Assembly: GCA_963664225.1 (NCBI GenBank)
Contig: OY760937.1
Span: 5,472,001-5,536,000 of the forward strand
DNA from: Verrucomicrobiia bacterium
Lineage (GTDB): Bacteria; Verrucomicrobiota; Verrucomicrobiia; Limisphaerales; UBA1319
DNA: 64,000 nucleotides
Direction: 5' to 3'
This document shows, piece after piece, positions 40,877 through 51,926 of the stretch; positions within the stretch are counted from its first letter, which is position 1; every line of letters begins with the position of its first letter. The notes beneath the pieces are model-generated. The model was not told the DNA's origin, did not search any database, and worked only from the letters and a program-made list of their open reading frames with translations. Made by a program: the position numbers and the translations under genes.

Positions 40877-41704
40877 ATGTATCCATCCAGAATAGTTTTT
40901 CGATTTCAGTTGGCGCTGGCCTTGGCCAGCGCGGTTCTGGGGGCTTTGTTTTTTCTGTTTTTTTATCCCCTGGCGCGGCAGGTGGCCGGGTTGGACCCGA
41001 TATTGACGACGACCTGGGATCGGATTTTTGAAATCAACCTGCGCAACAAAGCCAAGCTGGGGATGGATTTGCGCACGATGACGAAGAGCCTGGATCTGGC
41101 GGAAAAGTCGGTGCAGGCGGTTCATGGCGCCTCCCAAAACATCAAGGATCGGATTGAATTGGAGCCGGACATCCGGGATTGGATGGCGCAGCCGTTTCAA
41201 TTAATCGATTACGATCAACGCCGTCTGCAATTGATCGCGGATTTGCAGCGGACAGCCGCGGCCGCTGGCACGAAAGTGAATCCGTCCGTGATAAAAGGTT
41301 TTCCCGAGTATTTAAAGGGAAAGGAAAATCCGGGGTTTTTGTGGGCGCAATTGTCATTGTATCATCAAGCGGTCTCAGCGGCTGTGGCGCAGCGACCCAG
41401 TGTGATTCGTTCGGCCATGGTGCTGCCAGTGGTGTTTCATGCGGGAGTCGGGGAAAGCAAAGCCGGCTGGGCGGAAATCCCGATTCGTCTTGAGCTAAAC
41501 GGAAGCATGGAGGCGGCTTACAAGGTGCTTTTGAGTGTACCGTTGCGGGGCGGAGAAATGCAGACCAATGGCCTTGGGGAATGCAACGCAGCCAAACCGG
41601 CGATGTTCATCAATAAATTTGTCATCAATGCCACGACCAATGGGAGCGAAGTGGAATTGGACGCCATCGTGAGTGGGTTTGTGGGGCAAGAGCAGTTGCC
41701 TTGA
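40877..41704 (+). CDS. PilO/GspM-like bitopic membrane protein
   Basis: N-terminal TM, coiled coil, EIPIRLELNGS pattern; operon position. Confidence 0.55.
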   Translation: MYPSRIVFRFQLALALASAVLGALFFLFFYPLARQVAGLDPILTTTWDRIFEINLRNKAKLGMDLRTMTKSLDLAEKSVQAVHGASQNIKDRIELEPDIRDWMAQPFQLIDYDQRRLQLIADLQRTAAAAGTKVNPSVIKGFPEYLKGKENPGFLWAQLSLYHQAVSAAVAQRPSVIRSAMVLPVVFHAGVGESKAGWAEIPIRLELNGSMEAAYKVLLSVPLRGGEMQTNGLGECNAAKPAMFINKFVINATTNGSEVELDAIVSGFVGQEQLP

Positions 41705-41737
41705 ATCTGTCAACAATCATAGATACGGTTACAATTC

Positions 41738-42250
41738 ATGTTAGGAACATATGATAAGCGGTCGATGCTTTCCGCGCTTCTTCTGGCGTGGCTGGCCTTT
41801 CTCGCCTACCAGATTGTTCGCAATCTGGATGGCGGGATGCCACAGCAGCCGACATTATCGTCTTTCCAGCCCATTGGGACGACGGTGGATCGCGGGCAAC
41901 AGATTGAGGAAACCTTTTCAACGGGTTTTTACAGAGAATTCAAACCGGCTCGCAACATGAGTAATCCGTTTTATTCGATCCCTTTTGTTCCGCCGCCACC
42001 GCCGGATCCGCCCACCACGAAGCTTGTGGAGTTACTTTACCAGGGATATTTCGCGAGCAGCCAGGGTGAAAAGAAGGCGTATGTGCTGGTCGGAGACCAA
42101 TTAATCATTGGCACGACAGGTTCGAAGGTTGTCGGTCAATATTCGATGGGAGGAATTTCTCCCGGGGCCTTGATGTTAAGAGATGGCGCAGGCAATGAAT
42201 TCATGGTGAACTTCAACGCCAAGACGCAGGTGGTTGTTCCTATACGCTGA
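41738..42250 (+). CDS. PilP/GspC-like protein
   Basis: N-terminal TM, NPF, poly-Pro linker, small beta domain; operon position. Confidence 0.5.
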   Translation: MLGTYDKRSMLSALLLAWLAFLAYQIVRNLDGGMPQQPTLSSFQPIGTTVDRGQQIEETFSTGFYREFKPARNMSNPFYSIPFVPPPPPDPPTTKLVELLYQGYFASSQGEKKAYVLVGDQLIIGTTGSKVVGQYSMGGISPGALMLRDGAGNEFMVNFNAKTQVVVPIR

Positions 42251-42252
42251 GT

Positions 42253-43998
42253 ATGAAATTGGATGGCGCAAGGCAGGACGTCGGGGATTTGTTGCTTGAT
42301 AGAGGCAAACTCAGTGAGAAGCATTTGGAACTGGCGCGGCGGCGTCAGGTGCGGCTTAAGATTCCCCAGCACAGGGCCATTGTCGATTTGAATTACGCCT
42401 CAGAGGAGGATACCTACCAGGCGCTGGCCGTAATCAATCACCTGGATTTTGTTGACCTAACTAAAGTCGATATCAGTGCTGAGATTTTGGGACTGGTCCC
42501 GGTCAAACTTGCGCTTCATTACCGGGTGATCCCCATGGCATTGGAGGCGGGTTTGCTAACCCTGGCCGTCGCGGAGCCGCCCCCTTTGAATGACCAGGGC
42601 AATTTGAGGCTGTTGCTTGGGAAGCGGTTGAAATTCGTCATTGTCACCCCCAGCAGCATTCATGCGGTCATCAAAAAGCATTTTGGGTTGGGGGCGGACA
42701 CCATCCAGCAGTTAAGGGATGGCCAGGGCATTCAAGACAACTACCAGGAGGTGGTGTTCGACATTAAATCGATCGATGAGAACAGCAATGTCGATGCCTC
42801 CATTTCAGCCTTTGTCGATCAAATCCTCCTTGAGGCGTTGCGGTTGGACGCCACCGATATTCATCTTGAACCTTATCCTGATACCATTCGATTGCGCTAT
42901 CGTGTTGACGGTTTGCTGCAGGATATTCCGGTACCTGCGGGTCTCCGACAGGTTCATGATTCGATTGTTTCACGACTGAAGGTCATGGCGGGGTTGAATA
43001 TTGCCGAACGACGGATTCCCCATGACGGGCGAATCGCCATGAAAACCGGCGGCGAAGATTACGCGTTGCGCGTTTCGATCATTCCCACCAAACATGGCGA
43101 GGCGGTGTGTCTGCGCATTCTGGGACGTCAAAGCCTCTTTCTGGACATGGCTCAATTGGGCATGGAAGCGGACCAGCAGGCCACCATGGAGGCGCTGACG
43201 AAACTACCGCAGGGGATGGTCCTAATCACCGGGCCGACTGGCAGCGGTAAAACGACAACTTTGTATGCGGCTCTGGCCCATGCCAACGACACGGGGCGAA
43301 AAATCATCACGATCGAAAACCCTGTGGAATACCAGCTTGAGGGAATTTCCCAGATACAAACGCACGAGGAAATCGGAATGACCTTTGCGAGCGCCCTGCG
43401 CTCAGTGCTGCGTCATGACCCCGACGTCATACTGATTGGTGAGATTCGCGACAGCGAAACAGCGGAAATTGCAATCCGGGCGGCGCAAACGGGACATTTG
43501 GTGTTTTCGACTCTGCACACAAACGACAGCGTGAGCGCCATCACGCGATTGTTGGAAATGCGCATTGAACCCTTTCTTGTGGGAGCCTCCCTGGTTTGCA
43601 GCATCGCGCAGCGGCTCGCCCGGCGTATTTGCCGCAATTGCATGGAGGAGGACAGGAATATTCCTGAATTGATCCGAAATGAGATGGCCAAGGTGCTTGC
43701 AATATCACCGTCTGAAGTGCGCGCATGGAATGGCAAGGGATGCGTGGAATGCAACCAGAATGGTTTTCGCGGGCGCGTGGCCCTGTATGAATTTTTTATC
43801 CTTACCGATCCAGTCATCGACATGCTCGAACCTGGAGTTCGTACAGGCCAGCTTCGCGGTGTGGCCATGCAAGCAGGTTGGAAGCCGATGCGCCACCAGG
43901 GTTTTTTGAAGGTACAATCCGGATTGATCTCAATTTCCGAATTGCAGCGGTTGACCATGCGCGTGAACGAGTATGCGCTGGCGGCCGGAACCGGATAG
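42253..43998 (+). CDS. GspE/PilB family secretion ATPase
   Basis: ATDIHLEP, GPTGSGKTTTLY, LRHDPDVILIGEIRD, TGHLVFSTLHTND, two CxxC motifs. Confidence 0.95.
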   Translation: MKLDGARQDVGDLLLDRGKLSEKHLELARRRQVRLKIPQHRAIVDLNYASEEDTYQALAVINHLDFVDLTKVDISAEILGLVPVKLALHYRVIPMALEAGLLTLAVAEPPPLNDQGNLRLLLGKRLKFVIVTPSSIHAVIKKHFGLGADTIQQLRDGQGIQDNYQEVVFDIKSIDENSNVDASISAFVDQILLEALRLDATDIHLEPYPDTIRLRYRVDGLLQDIPVPAGLRQVHDSIVSRLKVMAGLNIAERRIPHDGRIAMKTGGEDYALRVSIIPTKHGEAVCLRILGRQSLFLDMAQLGMEADQQATMEALTKLPQGMVLITGPTGSGKTTTLYAALAHANDTGRKIITIENPVEYQLEGISQIQTHEEIGMTFASALRSVLRHDPDVILIGEIRDSETAEIAIRAAQTGHLVFSTLHTNDSVSAITRLLEMRIEPFLVGASLVCSIAQRLARRICRNCMEEDRNIPELIRNEMAKVLAISPSEVRAWNGKGCVECNQNGFRGRVALYEFFILTDPVIDMLEPGVRTGQLRGVAMQAGWKPMRHQGFLKVQSGLISISELQRLTMRVNEYALAAGTG

Positions 43999-44087
43999 CA
44001 GATTCCCCACTCGTTGCGGATTGCTTCTTTTCGCTTAACAAACGGCCCCTGTTTTCATTATGACTTGCGTGGAATTGTTATTTGCAC

Positions 44088-45230
44088 ATGAATAATTTGT
44101 ATCGTTGCTGGGCGGAAATCGATCTGAGCGCGCTGCGGGAAAACCTTGCGTGGATTCGCGCGCGTGTGGGACCACAGGTCAAGATAATGACTGTTGTGAA
44201 GGCCGATGCCTATGGGCACGGTTTGAAGGAAATTGCGGCGCTTCTGATGCAGAGCGGCACGGATGTTTTTGGCGTGGCCAACCTCTCCGAAGCCCGAAAT
44301 GTGCGCAGCGTGGGCCGCGGCTGGCCAATTCTGATGTTGGGCGCCTGCCTGCCCGATGAGGTGGATAGCGCGGTGCGAGACGAAATCATGCCCACGATTT
44401 CCACATTGGAAGAGGCGCAGTGGTTTTCTGCCGCCGCAGTTAAATTCAGAAAGAAAGTTCACGCGCATTTAAAGGTCGATACCGGCATGGGCCGATTGGG
44501 GGTGGAACCGGGAGGCGCCCTGGAATTGGTGTTGGAGATAAAACGCCTGCCAGGACTGGAGATCGAAGGTGTGTACACGCACTATGCAGCCGTGGAAGAT
44601 GACGCTCCATTTTCCAAAAAACAGGCTCAGGCCATTCACAAGGTGGCTGACGAATTGCAGGCAGCGGGTGTGAATGTTCCCTTTATGCATGCCAACAGCA
44701 GTGGGGGAATCATATGGGAAAAGGAGACGCTATTTAACCTGGTTCGTCCCGGACTGCTGGTTTATGGCGTGGTGCCCAGTGGCTCGCGTGTCATGGAAGA
44801 AGCATTGAGTCAACATTTCCGACCAGCGCTGTCATTAAAATGCCGCGTGAGTCTGGTTAAGGATATTCCCAAGGGCAAAACATTAAGTTATGGTCATACC
44901 TTTTGCGCCCCGTCGCCAATGCGTGTTGCCACTTTGACGGCTGGCTACGGTGACGGTTATCTGCGAGTTGGAAGCAACCGGTCCCAGGTTCTGATTCAAG
45001 GCCGTCGATGCAGGATTTTAGGGCGTATCACAATGGACCAGATGATGGTCGATGTGACGGGGATCGATGGTGTCCGAATGGGTGATGAAGCGGTGTTGAT
45101 CGGATGTCAGGGTGAAGGCAAAATCAGTGTCAACGAAGTCGCAGAGTGGTTTGGCACTATTCCCTGGGAGGTTCTAACGAACATCACCTATCGCGTTCCA
45201 AGACTTTATAACGGTATTCATGCCTCCTGA
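44088..45230 (+). CDS. alr: Alanine racemase
   Basis: VVKADAYGHG, KVDTGMGRLG, GYGDGY, GRITMDQ. Confidence 0.96.
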   Translation: MNNLYRCWAEIDLSALRENLAWIRARVGPQVKIMTVVKADAYGHGLKEIAALLMQSGTDVFGVANLSEARNVRSVGRGWPILMLGACLPDEVDSAVRDEIMPTISTLEEAQWFSAAAVKFRKKVHAHLKVDTGMGRLGVEPGGALELVLEIKRLPGLEIEGVYTHYAAVEDDAPFSKKQAQAIHKVADELQAAGVNVPFMHANSSGGIIWEKETLFNLVRPGLLVYGVVPSGSRVMEEALSQHFRPALSLKCRVSLVKDIPKGKTLSYGHTFCAPSPMRVATLTAGYGDGYLRVGSNRSQVLIQGRRCRILGRITMDQMMVDVTGIDGVRMGDEAVLIGCQGEGKISVNEVAEWFGTIPWEVLTNITYRVPRLYNGIHAS

Positions 45231-45412
45231 TGGCAATTGCTGTGGCGAATGGACCATCGTGAGAGATTGCAGGATGGATTCAATTGTGTTATTCTCCGCA
45301 TGTTAGGTGTTGCGGGGCTGTGTCCCCCAGGTGGCAGACAGATAAAGTTTTGAACATTAACCGAAGGCGGGTGTAACATTAATCCATGCCTTCACATGGA
45401 GGATATAAGACG

Positions 45413-45967
45413 ATGAACAAGTTTATTAAATCAAGTTTTGCGTTTGGTGCCGGGCTGATCCTTTTGGCAGGATGCGAAAAGAAAGAGGCTACGCCTCCTG
45501 TGCAGGAGCCAGCCAAAGCGACAGCAAGTCAACCAGCCGATCTGGGGACAATGATAGAGAAAACAACGAATGCGGCCATGCAAATGGGCAACGAAGTTAC
45601 GAATGCAGTGACCAGCATTCAGCAGGAAGCGGATAAGGCCGCCGCAAAGGCACTGGAGCAGGCAACACAAGCGGTTGACACCCTCAAAAAGGAAACCAAT
45701 TCGCTGCTCAATCCGCTGACTGAAAAAACGAACGCCGTTTCGTCGATTGCGGACAGTGCTACGAAAGTCATTGACGCTGCCAAAAAGCTGACTGGTGAAA
45801 ACAAGTACGATGAAGCCCTCAAGATGCTGGGAACGCTCGCTTCCGGTAAATTAACTCCTGACCAACAAAAGATGGTTGATTCGCTAAAGGATCAGATCCA
45901 GAAGGCGATGGCTGCCAAAGCGACGGATTCCGCAACTAAGGCTCTTGGTGGTGTTCTAAGTAAGTAA
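45413..45967 (+). CDS. Alanine/lysine-rich helical lipoprotein, hypothetical
   Basis: Lipobox LAGC; followed by a terminator. Confidence 0.8.
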   Translation: MNKFIKSSFAFGAGLILLAGCEKKEATPPVQEPAKATASQPADLGTMIEKTTNAAMQMGNEVTNAVTSIQQEADKAAAKALEQATQAVDTLKKETNSLLNPLTEKTNAVSSIADSATKVIDAAKKLTGENKYDEALKMLGTLASGKLTPDQQKMVDSLKDQIQKAMAAKATDSATKALGGVLSK

Positions 45968-45998
45968 TGCGTAACTGTCAACATATATGACATTTTAG

Positions 45999-46024
45999 AA
46001 GGGCCGCCTCTTGCGGCCCTTTTG
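45999..46024 (+). terminator. Intrinsic terminator
   Basis: AAGGGCCGC-ctctt-GCGGCCCTT followed by TTT. Confidence 0.75.
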
Positions 46025-46280
46025 CATGGTTCGTCACGCGCGACTCGGATACGGCAGCCGAAACAGAGACGAAGCCATGAGTTGAGGGGTGGCCGGGGGC
46101 ATGGCGTGTTAGCTTGCAAGGCGGACCCAACAATCTGGCCGACCTTCTCGAAATGAGATTGTTTTTAGAACGCTGAGTCATTGTTTTTTGATTCTCTTTT
46201 GGTGGAATCCGTCCTGACCACTCCGTTTAAAGTCTGGAATGCGGTATTGACGCGAAGTGCGGCCTTCATATTCTTGTTTC

Positions 46281-47411
46281 ATGAACTCAGCAACAGACAA
46301 ACCTGATCCAATGCAGGCACATGGGTCATGCTTTTTTCATGCGCGGTTCTTTCCCGCATTTTTCAAGCACCGATTTGTTTCGTGGAGCTTGCTGGTAGGT
46401 TTGGCATTTAGTCTCAACTCTGTTTTTGCAGAGGGCCCTGGCTCGGGAAGAAATATTGGAGGATTGAACAATTACACCAATCCAATTGTGCGTTCAGGCG
46501 CGGATCCTTGGGTGATACAACATGGCGGGGCCTATTATTTTTGTCAGTCTTCGGGACGAAATGTTCGGATTGCAAAGGCCAACCGGATTCAGGACATTGG
46601 TAAAGGGCCGTGGGTCACCGTTTGGACGCCCACGCCGGGCACCGCCACTTCCTCAGAAATATGGGCTCCTGAGCTGCATTATCTGCGTGGAAATTGGTAT
46701 GTCTATGTCGCGGCAGACGATGGGGAAAACGCGCATCATCGCATGTATGTGCTCAAGGGGACGTCTCGAGATCCTCAGGGGCAATTTGAGATGGTCGGGA
46801 AGATCGCCGCGCCAACGGATCGGTGGGCCATTGACGGCACCGTGCTGGAGATGCCCGGTGATCGGTTGTATTTCATCTGGTCCGGCTGGGAAGGCATGGA
46901 AAATGTCGTGCAAAACATCTACATTGCACCTATGAGCGATCCAGTGACCATCAGCGGCGAGCGCATGCTGATTTCAAAACCCGAATATGACTGGGAATTG
47001 CACGGACGGCCTCTCATCAACGAAGGTCCGGAAGTGCTTCGGCGGGGGACGAACGTCTTTATTATTTACTCGGCCAGTGGAAGCTGGAGCGATGATTATT
47101 GTTTGGGACAGCTTTCATGGACCGGCAGTGATGTACTGAATCCGAACTCCTGGGTGAAGAAGAAGACTGCGGTTTTCTCCCGGACGGCGAACGTGTTCGG
47201 GCCGGGGCATTGCTCATTTGTGAAATCACCGGATGGCACCGAGGATTGGATTGTATTCCATTCCGCGAAGAAAAGCGGTTCCGGCTGGAATCGACAAGTC
47301 AGCATGCAGAAGTTTGGATGGGATTCCACCGGGGCGCCTGATTTTGGGATCCCAGTTGGCTCTGGAATCCCCCTGGGCTTTCCTTCGGAAGGGCATGGCA
47401 GAATCAAATAA
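46281..47411 (+). CDS. Glycoside hydrolase family 43 (arabinofuranosidase-like)
   Basis: GADPWV, WAPELH, WAIDG, INEGP, GPGHCSF; start uncertain. Confidence 0.9.
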   Translation: MNSATDKPDPMQAHGSCFFHARFFPAFFKHRFVSWSLLVGLAFSLNSVFAEGPGSGRNIGGLNNYTNPIVRSGADPWVIQHGGAYYFCQSSGRNVRIAKANRIQDIGKGPWVTVWTPTPGTATSSEIWAPELHYLRGNWYVYVAADDGENAHHRMYVLKGTSRDPQGQFEMVGKIAAPTDRWAIDGTVLEMPGDRLYFIWSGWEGMENVVQNIYIAPMSDPVTISGERMLISKPEYDWELHGRPLINEGPEVLRRGTNVFIIYSASGSWSDDYCLGQLSWTGSDVLNPNSWVKKKTAVFSRTANVFGPGHCSFVKSPDGTEDWIVFHSAKKSGSGWNRQVSMQKFGWDSTGAPDFGIPVGSGIPLGFPSEGHGRIK

Positions 47412-47453
47412 TTTGGAACGGATGGACGACAAGAACCCCTAAAACATCATAAA

Positions 47454-48599
47454 ATGGCGAAAAAACTGAATATCGGATTGGTTGGTTATGGCTTCATGGG
47501 ACGAACCCATTCCAATGGATACCGGCGCGTGCCCAATTTTTTCAATCTGGATTATGAACCGGTTCTCAAAGCAGTGTGTGCCCGGAGTGTCGATAAGCTC
47601 AAGCCGTTTGCGGACCAATGGGGCTACGAGTCGATCGAGTCCGATTGGCGCAAGTTGGTCGAGCGAAAAGATATTGATGTTATTGATATTTGCACACCCA
47701 ACAACTCCCATGCGGAAATTGCGATTGCTGCTGCGAAAGCCGGGAAGATGGTCTTGTGCGAAAAGCCGTTGTCCATGAACGGACCGGAGGGACGCAAAAT
47801 GGTGGCCGTTGTCGAGAAAGCCGGGGTTCCCAACATGGTTTGGTATAATTACCGAAGGGTTCCAGCGGTGACATTGGCCAAGCAATTCATCGATGAAGGA
47901 CGACTTGGACGGATCTTTCATTATCGTGCCAAGTTTTTGCAGGATTGGACGATCAGTCCCGAACTTCCGCAAGGCGGTGCTGGGCTGTGGCGGCTGGATG
48001 TCAAATCCGCCGGGAGCGGCGTAACCGGGGATCTGTTGGCCCACTGTATTGACACGGCCGTGTGGCTCAACGGAGGAATGACCAAGGTTAGTGCCATGAC
48101 GGAGACCTTTGTCAAGGAGCGCAAACATACCTTGTCTGGAAAGGTGGAAAAAGTCGGAATCGACGATGCTTGCGCGTTCCTGGCGCGTTTCGAAAACGGA
48201 TCGTTGGCCACTTTCGAATCAACACGTTACGCCCGAGGGCATAAGGCTCTGTATACCTTTGAAATCAACGGCGAACACGCCTCCATCGCGTGGGATCTTC
48301 ACGACCTGCATCGGCTGCAATTTTTCGATCATAAAGACGAAAGCAAAACACGCGGCTGGCGTTCGATTCACGTCACAGACGGTGATCATCCATACATGGA
48401 CAAGTGGTGGGTGCCCGGACTACAGATCGGCTACGAGCACAGTTTCGTACATCAAGTGGCTGATTTTATTGTGGGATTGTCCACTGGCAAACCGGCGAGC
48501 CCGACATTCCGGGATGCACTGGAAACGCAGTTCATCTGCGATGCGGTGCTCAAATCAGGCAAATCAGGCAAATGGGTGAACGTGCCGAAGGTGAATTAG
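47454..48599 (+). CDS. Gfo/Idh/MocA family oxidoreductase
   Basis: [20 protein letters not shown]. Confidence 0.92.
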   Translation: MAKKLNIGLVGYGFMGRTHSNGYRRVPNFFNLDYEPVLKAVCARSVDKLKPFADQWGYESIESDWRKLVERKDIDVIDICTPNNSHAEIAIAAAKAGKMVLCEKPLSMNGPEGRKMVAVVEKAGVPNMVWYNYRRVPAVTLAKQFIDEGRLGRIFHYRAKFLQDWTISPELPQGGAGLWRLDVKSAGSGVTGDLLAHCIDTAVWLNGGMTKVSAMTETFVKERKHTLSGKVEKVGIDDACAFLARFENGSLATFESTRYARGHKALYTFEINGEHASIAWDLHDLHRLQFFDHKDESKTRGWRSIHVTDGDHPYMDKWWVPGLQIGYEHSFVHQVADFIVGLSTGKPASPTFRDALETQFICDAVLKSGKSGKWVNVPKVN

Positions 48600-48674
48600 T
48601 CCACCGCTCTTGACTGGTGTTGTTAAAGACATTGGGATGCGTGGGATCGTCATGATCGCGCGCGTCCTTTGATA

Positions 48675-49970
48675 TCAAGCGTGTCGGCGGTGCATGATCG
48701 ATTCAATTTCATCGAGTTCCAAGGGAATATCATCCATCAAATCGACCGGACCCTGCTCAGTTACAAGGATGGTATTTTCAAGGCGGATGCCCAGTCTTTC
48801 CTCCGGAATATAGATGCCCGGTTCGCAGGTCATCACCCAACCGGCCTGCATGGGCCGTGTCGTGTAACCCACATCATGGACATCCAGACCGATGGGATGG
48901 CCGACGCCGTGCATGAAATACTTTTTGAATGCAGGCTGTTCCTTCGATTGTTTTTTGATGTCTTGCAGAGAGATCAAACCCAAATCGACCAATTCCTTTT
49001 CCGTGAGTTGCTCGGCTTCTTTTTGCCAGTCCTTGGGCAGTTTGCCGGGAGTCAGGAGTTTTGACGCGCCCCGGAAAACACGCAGCACAGCGTTATAAAC
49101 CTGTTTTTGTCGGCGGGAAAAACGGCCACTTACTGGAATGGTTCGGGTGAGGTCGGAATTGTAGTTGGAATACGCGGCTGCCGTATCCATTAACACCAGC
49201 TCACCTTTGCGACATTCGGTGTTGTTGGAATTGTAATGCAGAGCGCAGGCATTGGCCCCGGCAGCGATAATCGGCAGGTACGCGAAACGGCAACGATTGC
49301 GAATAAATTCGTGGGCCAGCTCGGCTTCGATATCTGCCTCGTTGAAACCCGGCTTCAAACATCGCACGACGCGGACAAAACCCTGACCGGTGATTTTGCA
49401 GGCCTGGCGAATGGCGTCGATCTCGAGTTGGGATTTTACAATCCGCAGTGTGTGGAGCAGACGCGCAAGGCGATGGTATTGATGAAGAGGATATTTGCGC
49501 TGGCATTGCGCAACAAACCGGGCATCGCGGGTTTCGACCTCAACTTCGGCGCGCTTATGCTCATTGGAATTTAGATAGACATGATCGCAATCGCACATCA
49601 GGCGATGGAAGAAAGACGGAAACTCGCTCAGCCATTGAATATTCTGGATGCCCGAAATCTTTCGGGCTTCCTCCTTGGTCAACTTATGGCCTTCCCAGAT
49701 TTGGGCGTGCACGGAGGGCTCGCGCAAAAAAAGGATTTCACGAAGATTTTCCTCCGGCGCATCGGGGAAGAGAAGAACGAGGCTTTGCTCCTGGGAGACG
49801 CCAGTGAGATAAAACAGGTCGGAATTGGGGATCGTTGCCATGGAACCATCGGCGTTGGTGGGAGGAATGTCATTGGCGTTGGCCACGGCAATGGAATTGG
49901 GAAGCATGAGATTCATGAGACGCTCCCGGTTTCCGCTAAACAACTTGGAATCAAAATTGATGGCTCGCAT
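48675..49970 (-). CDS. pepP: Xaa-Pro aminopeptidase (M24B)
   Basis: DLFYLTG, LHY, DLTRTIP, HGVGHPIGLDVHD, EPGIY, GIRLEN. Confidence 0.92.
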   Translation of the reverse strand: MRAINFDSKLFSGNRERLMNLMLPNSIAVANANDIPPTNADGSMATIPNSDLFYLTGVSQEQSLVLLFPDAPEENLREILFLREPSVHAQIWEGHKLTKEEARKISGIQNIQWLSEFPSFFHRLMCDCDHVYLNSNEHKRAEVEVETRDARFVAQCQRKYPLHQYHRLARLLHTLRIVKSQLEIDAIRQACKITGQGFVRVVRCLKPGFNEADIEAELAHEFIRNRCRFAYLPIIAAGANACALHYNSNNTECRKGELVLMDTAAAYSNYNSDLTRTIPVSGRFSRRQKQVYNAVLRVFRGASKLLTPGKLPKDWQKEAEQLTEKELVDLGLISLQDIKKQSKEQPAFKKYFMHGVGHPIGLDVHDVGYTTRPMQAGWVMTCEPGIYIPEERLGIRLENTILVTEQGPVDLMDDIPLELDEIESIMHRRHA

Positions 49971-50078
49971 GTATATCCGAAGCTCCTACCAAACAGGCTT
50001 GGTGCAGTCGAGTTGTTTTATGATGGTGCCGAGGGATTGGGAGATGACAAATCGCGAACCCACATTAAAGTAATGGTC

Positions 50079-50795
50079 ATGAACGCCGGAGACGAGTTTA
50101 AACAAACTGCCGTAATCAATACGTTGCGGGGGTGCCAGTTGTTTGCCGGATTGCCGGCTGCTGATCTGCGGAATATTGCGGATATTACCGTGCTTAAGAA
50201 ACTGGCCAAGGGGGATTACCTTTTCCGAGAAGGCGATCCAGCCGTGGGATTTTTTGTGGTTCAATCGGGATCTCTGAACGTGCATCGGCTGAATCCCTCC
50301 GGAAAAGAGCAGGTAATCCATGTGTTTCGGGCGAGCGAATCCTTTGCTGAAGCCACACTGGCGTCGGACGGAGGATATCCAGCCGATTCGCGCGCGTTGG
50401 AGGCGTGCCAGGTTTTGCTTGTTCAAAAGGCTGAATTCACATCGCTCATCAAGCGCCAACCTGAATTGGGATTGAGAATGCTCGGTTCGATGGCGCTCCA
50501 TTTGCGTGTTCTCGTGGGCCGGTTGGACGATCTGACCGCCAAAGATGTTGAAACTCGACTGGCTCACTGGCTGGTAAAACGCTGCCCGCAACCTCCAAGC
50601 GATATTCCCCATGTGATTGATCTGCCTATGACCAAACGTGTACTTGCTTCTGAATTGGGCACGGTGAGTGAGACTTTTTCAAGGACATTGGCCAAATTCC
50701 GGGATCAAAACCTGATCGAGGTTCATGGAAAGGCCGTGACGATTCATTCACCCGCAAAATTGGACAGGATGGTTCGTGAACGTTTTGGGGAATAA
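50079..50795 (+). CDS. Crp/Fnr family regulator without an N-terminal Cys cluster (Dnr/HcpR-like)
   Basis: LFREGD, ESFAEA, RLAHWL, LASELGTVSETFSR HTH; the ORF-track N-terminal extension is antisense to pepP. Confidence 0.9.
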   Translation: MNAGDEFKQTAVINTLRGCQLFAGLPAADLRNIADITVLKKLAKGDYLFREGDPAVGFFVVQSGSLNVHRLNPSGKEQVIHVFRASESFAEATLASDGGYPADSRALEACQVLLVQKAEFTSLIKRQPELGLRMLGSMALHLRVLVGRLDDLTAKDVETRLAHWLVKRCPQPPSDIPHVIDLPMTKRVLASELGTVSETFSRTLAKFRDQNLIEVHGKAVTIHSPAKLDRMVRERFGE

Positions 50796-50924
50796 ACGAC
50801 GGTATTATCAGTCTTGAAAATGGCATTATAGTTGCTATCTTCAAACCCGTGGCAGGTCGTAATAACTTTGAGGCAGCTTAGTTGTGATGACTTGCTAGTT
50901 TGGGTTGGACATCAGCCGTTCGTG

Positions 50925-51878
50925 TCATGAAAATGATGCGAACGGCGCATTCTTTTCATGGATACTGCGCCATTTTTCCAAAAGTCGGGTATAAACGTAA
51001 TCCACGCTCAAGCCGCCAAGCCCAGTTTCGGAGAATAATTTATCAAAACGCTTATTTCGGGGTTTCCAAATGTTTGGATTGGTAGGGCCCCAAAGAACCA
51101 TTCCATGAATGCCTAATGCCGCCGCCAAATGGGAAATGCCAGAATCATGGCCAATGAACAGGCTGCACTGGGATAACATCTGCGCCAATAAGGCGAGTGG
51201 AAGATTTATGGCAGGGGTGATGCGTTCGCTTGAAAAACGTCGGCACAAAGTTGCCAGACGGCTGGCCTCAGCTTCGCCTCCTATCATCAAAATGCGCCAT
51301 TGGGTCGTCTCCAACAGACGCTCCACGAGGTGAAACCAACGCTCGGGATGCCAGTTCTTTTGCTCGCTTCCACTGCCTGGATGCAAGGCGATCCAATCCG
51401 CATGCGGCAACCGGCATTCTATTGAAATGGGAACCTGCAATTTTGGCACGGGATCCGCATCATGAATGCCGATGGTTTCGAGGGGTTTAAGTAAGACATC
51501 GGTGGCGTGGAGGCCAAGGCGTTCATCAGGGTGATGAGGACCGCAAAGATACTGGCCATCGCTGGCGCGCTTGATGTTAATCTCCAAAAGTCTTTGAGGA
51601 TCATGCAGATAAGAGATGAATAGATCGATTTGAGAGAAATACTCGCACCAAACAGGATCCAGGTTGGCATCCGCCACAAAAAATCCGGCCAATGTTGGGG
51701 ATTCGACCGATCTGACCTGCTCGGCCAAGCCTCCGGCGACCGCAAGTGAGGCGATTTGGGGGTAACCGAGAATCTCAATGCGCGAATTGGGGTGGCGACG
51801 CTTTAATGCGGCCAATACGGGCAGTGTCAGAAGGAAATCCCCTATGGCACCGCCGCGCATGACAAGAATCTTATCCAT
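50925..51878 (-). CDS. Glycosyltransferase family 9 (heptosyltransferase-like)
   Basis: GAIGDFLL, HPGSGS..KNW, GHDSGISHLAAALG. Confidence 0.92.
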   Translation of the reverse strand: MDKILVMRGGAIGDFLLTLPVLAALKRRHPNSRIEILGYPQIASLAVAGGLAEQVRSVESPTLAGFFVADANLDPVWCEYFSQIDLFISYLHDPQRLLEINIKRASDGQYLCGPHHPDERLGLHATDVLLKPLETIGIHDADPVPKLQVPISIECRLPHADWIALHPGSGSEQKNWHPERWFHLVERLLETTQWRILMIGGEAEASRLATLCRRFSSERITPAINLPLALLAQMLSQCSLFIGHDSGISHLAAALGIHGMVLWGPTNPNIWKPRNKRFDKLFSETGLGGLSVDYVYTRLLEKWRSIHEKNAPFASFS

Positions 51879-51926
51879 TATTCCGACTCGATCAGTACCG
51901 CACGGAAGTCATTTGCGGGATAGTAC

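Noticed and set aside
49581..50078. N-terminal extension of the Crp/Fnr ORF (404 aa in the track)
   Set aside because: It overlaps pepP on the opposite strand; the Crp fold starts at about 50073-50079.
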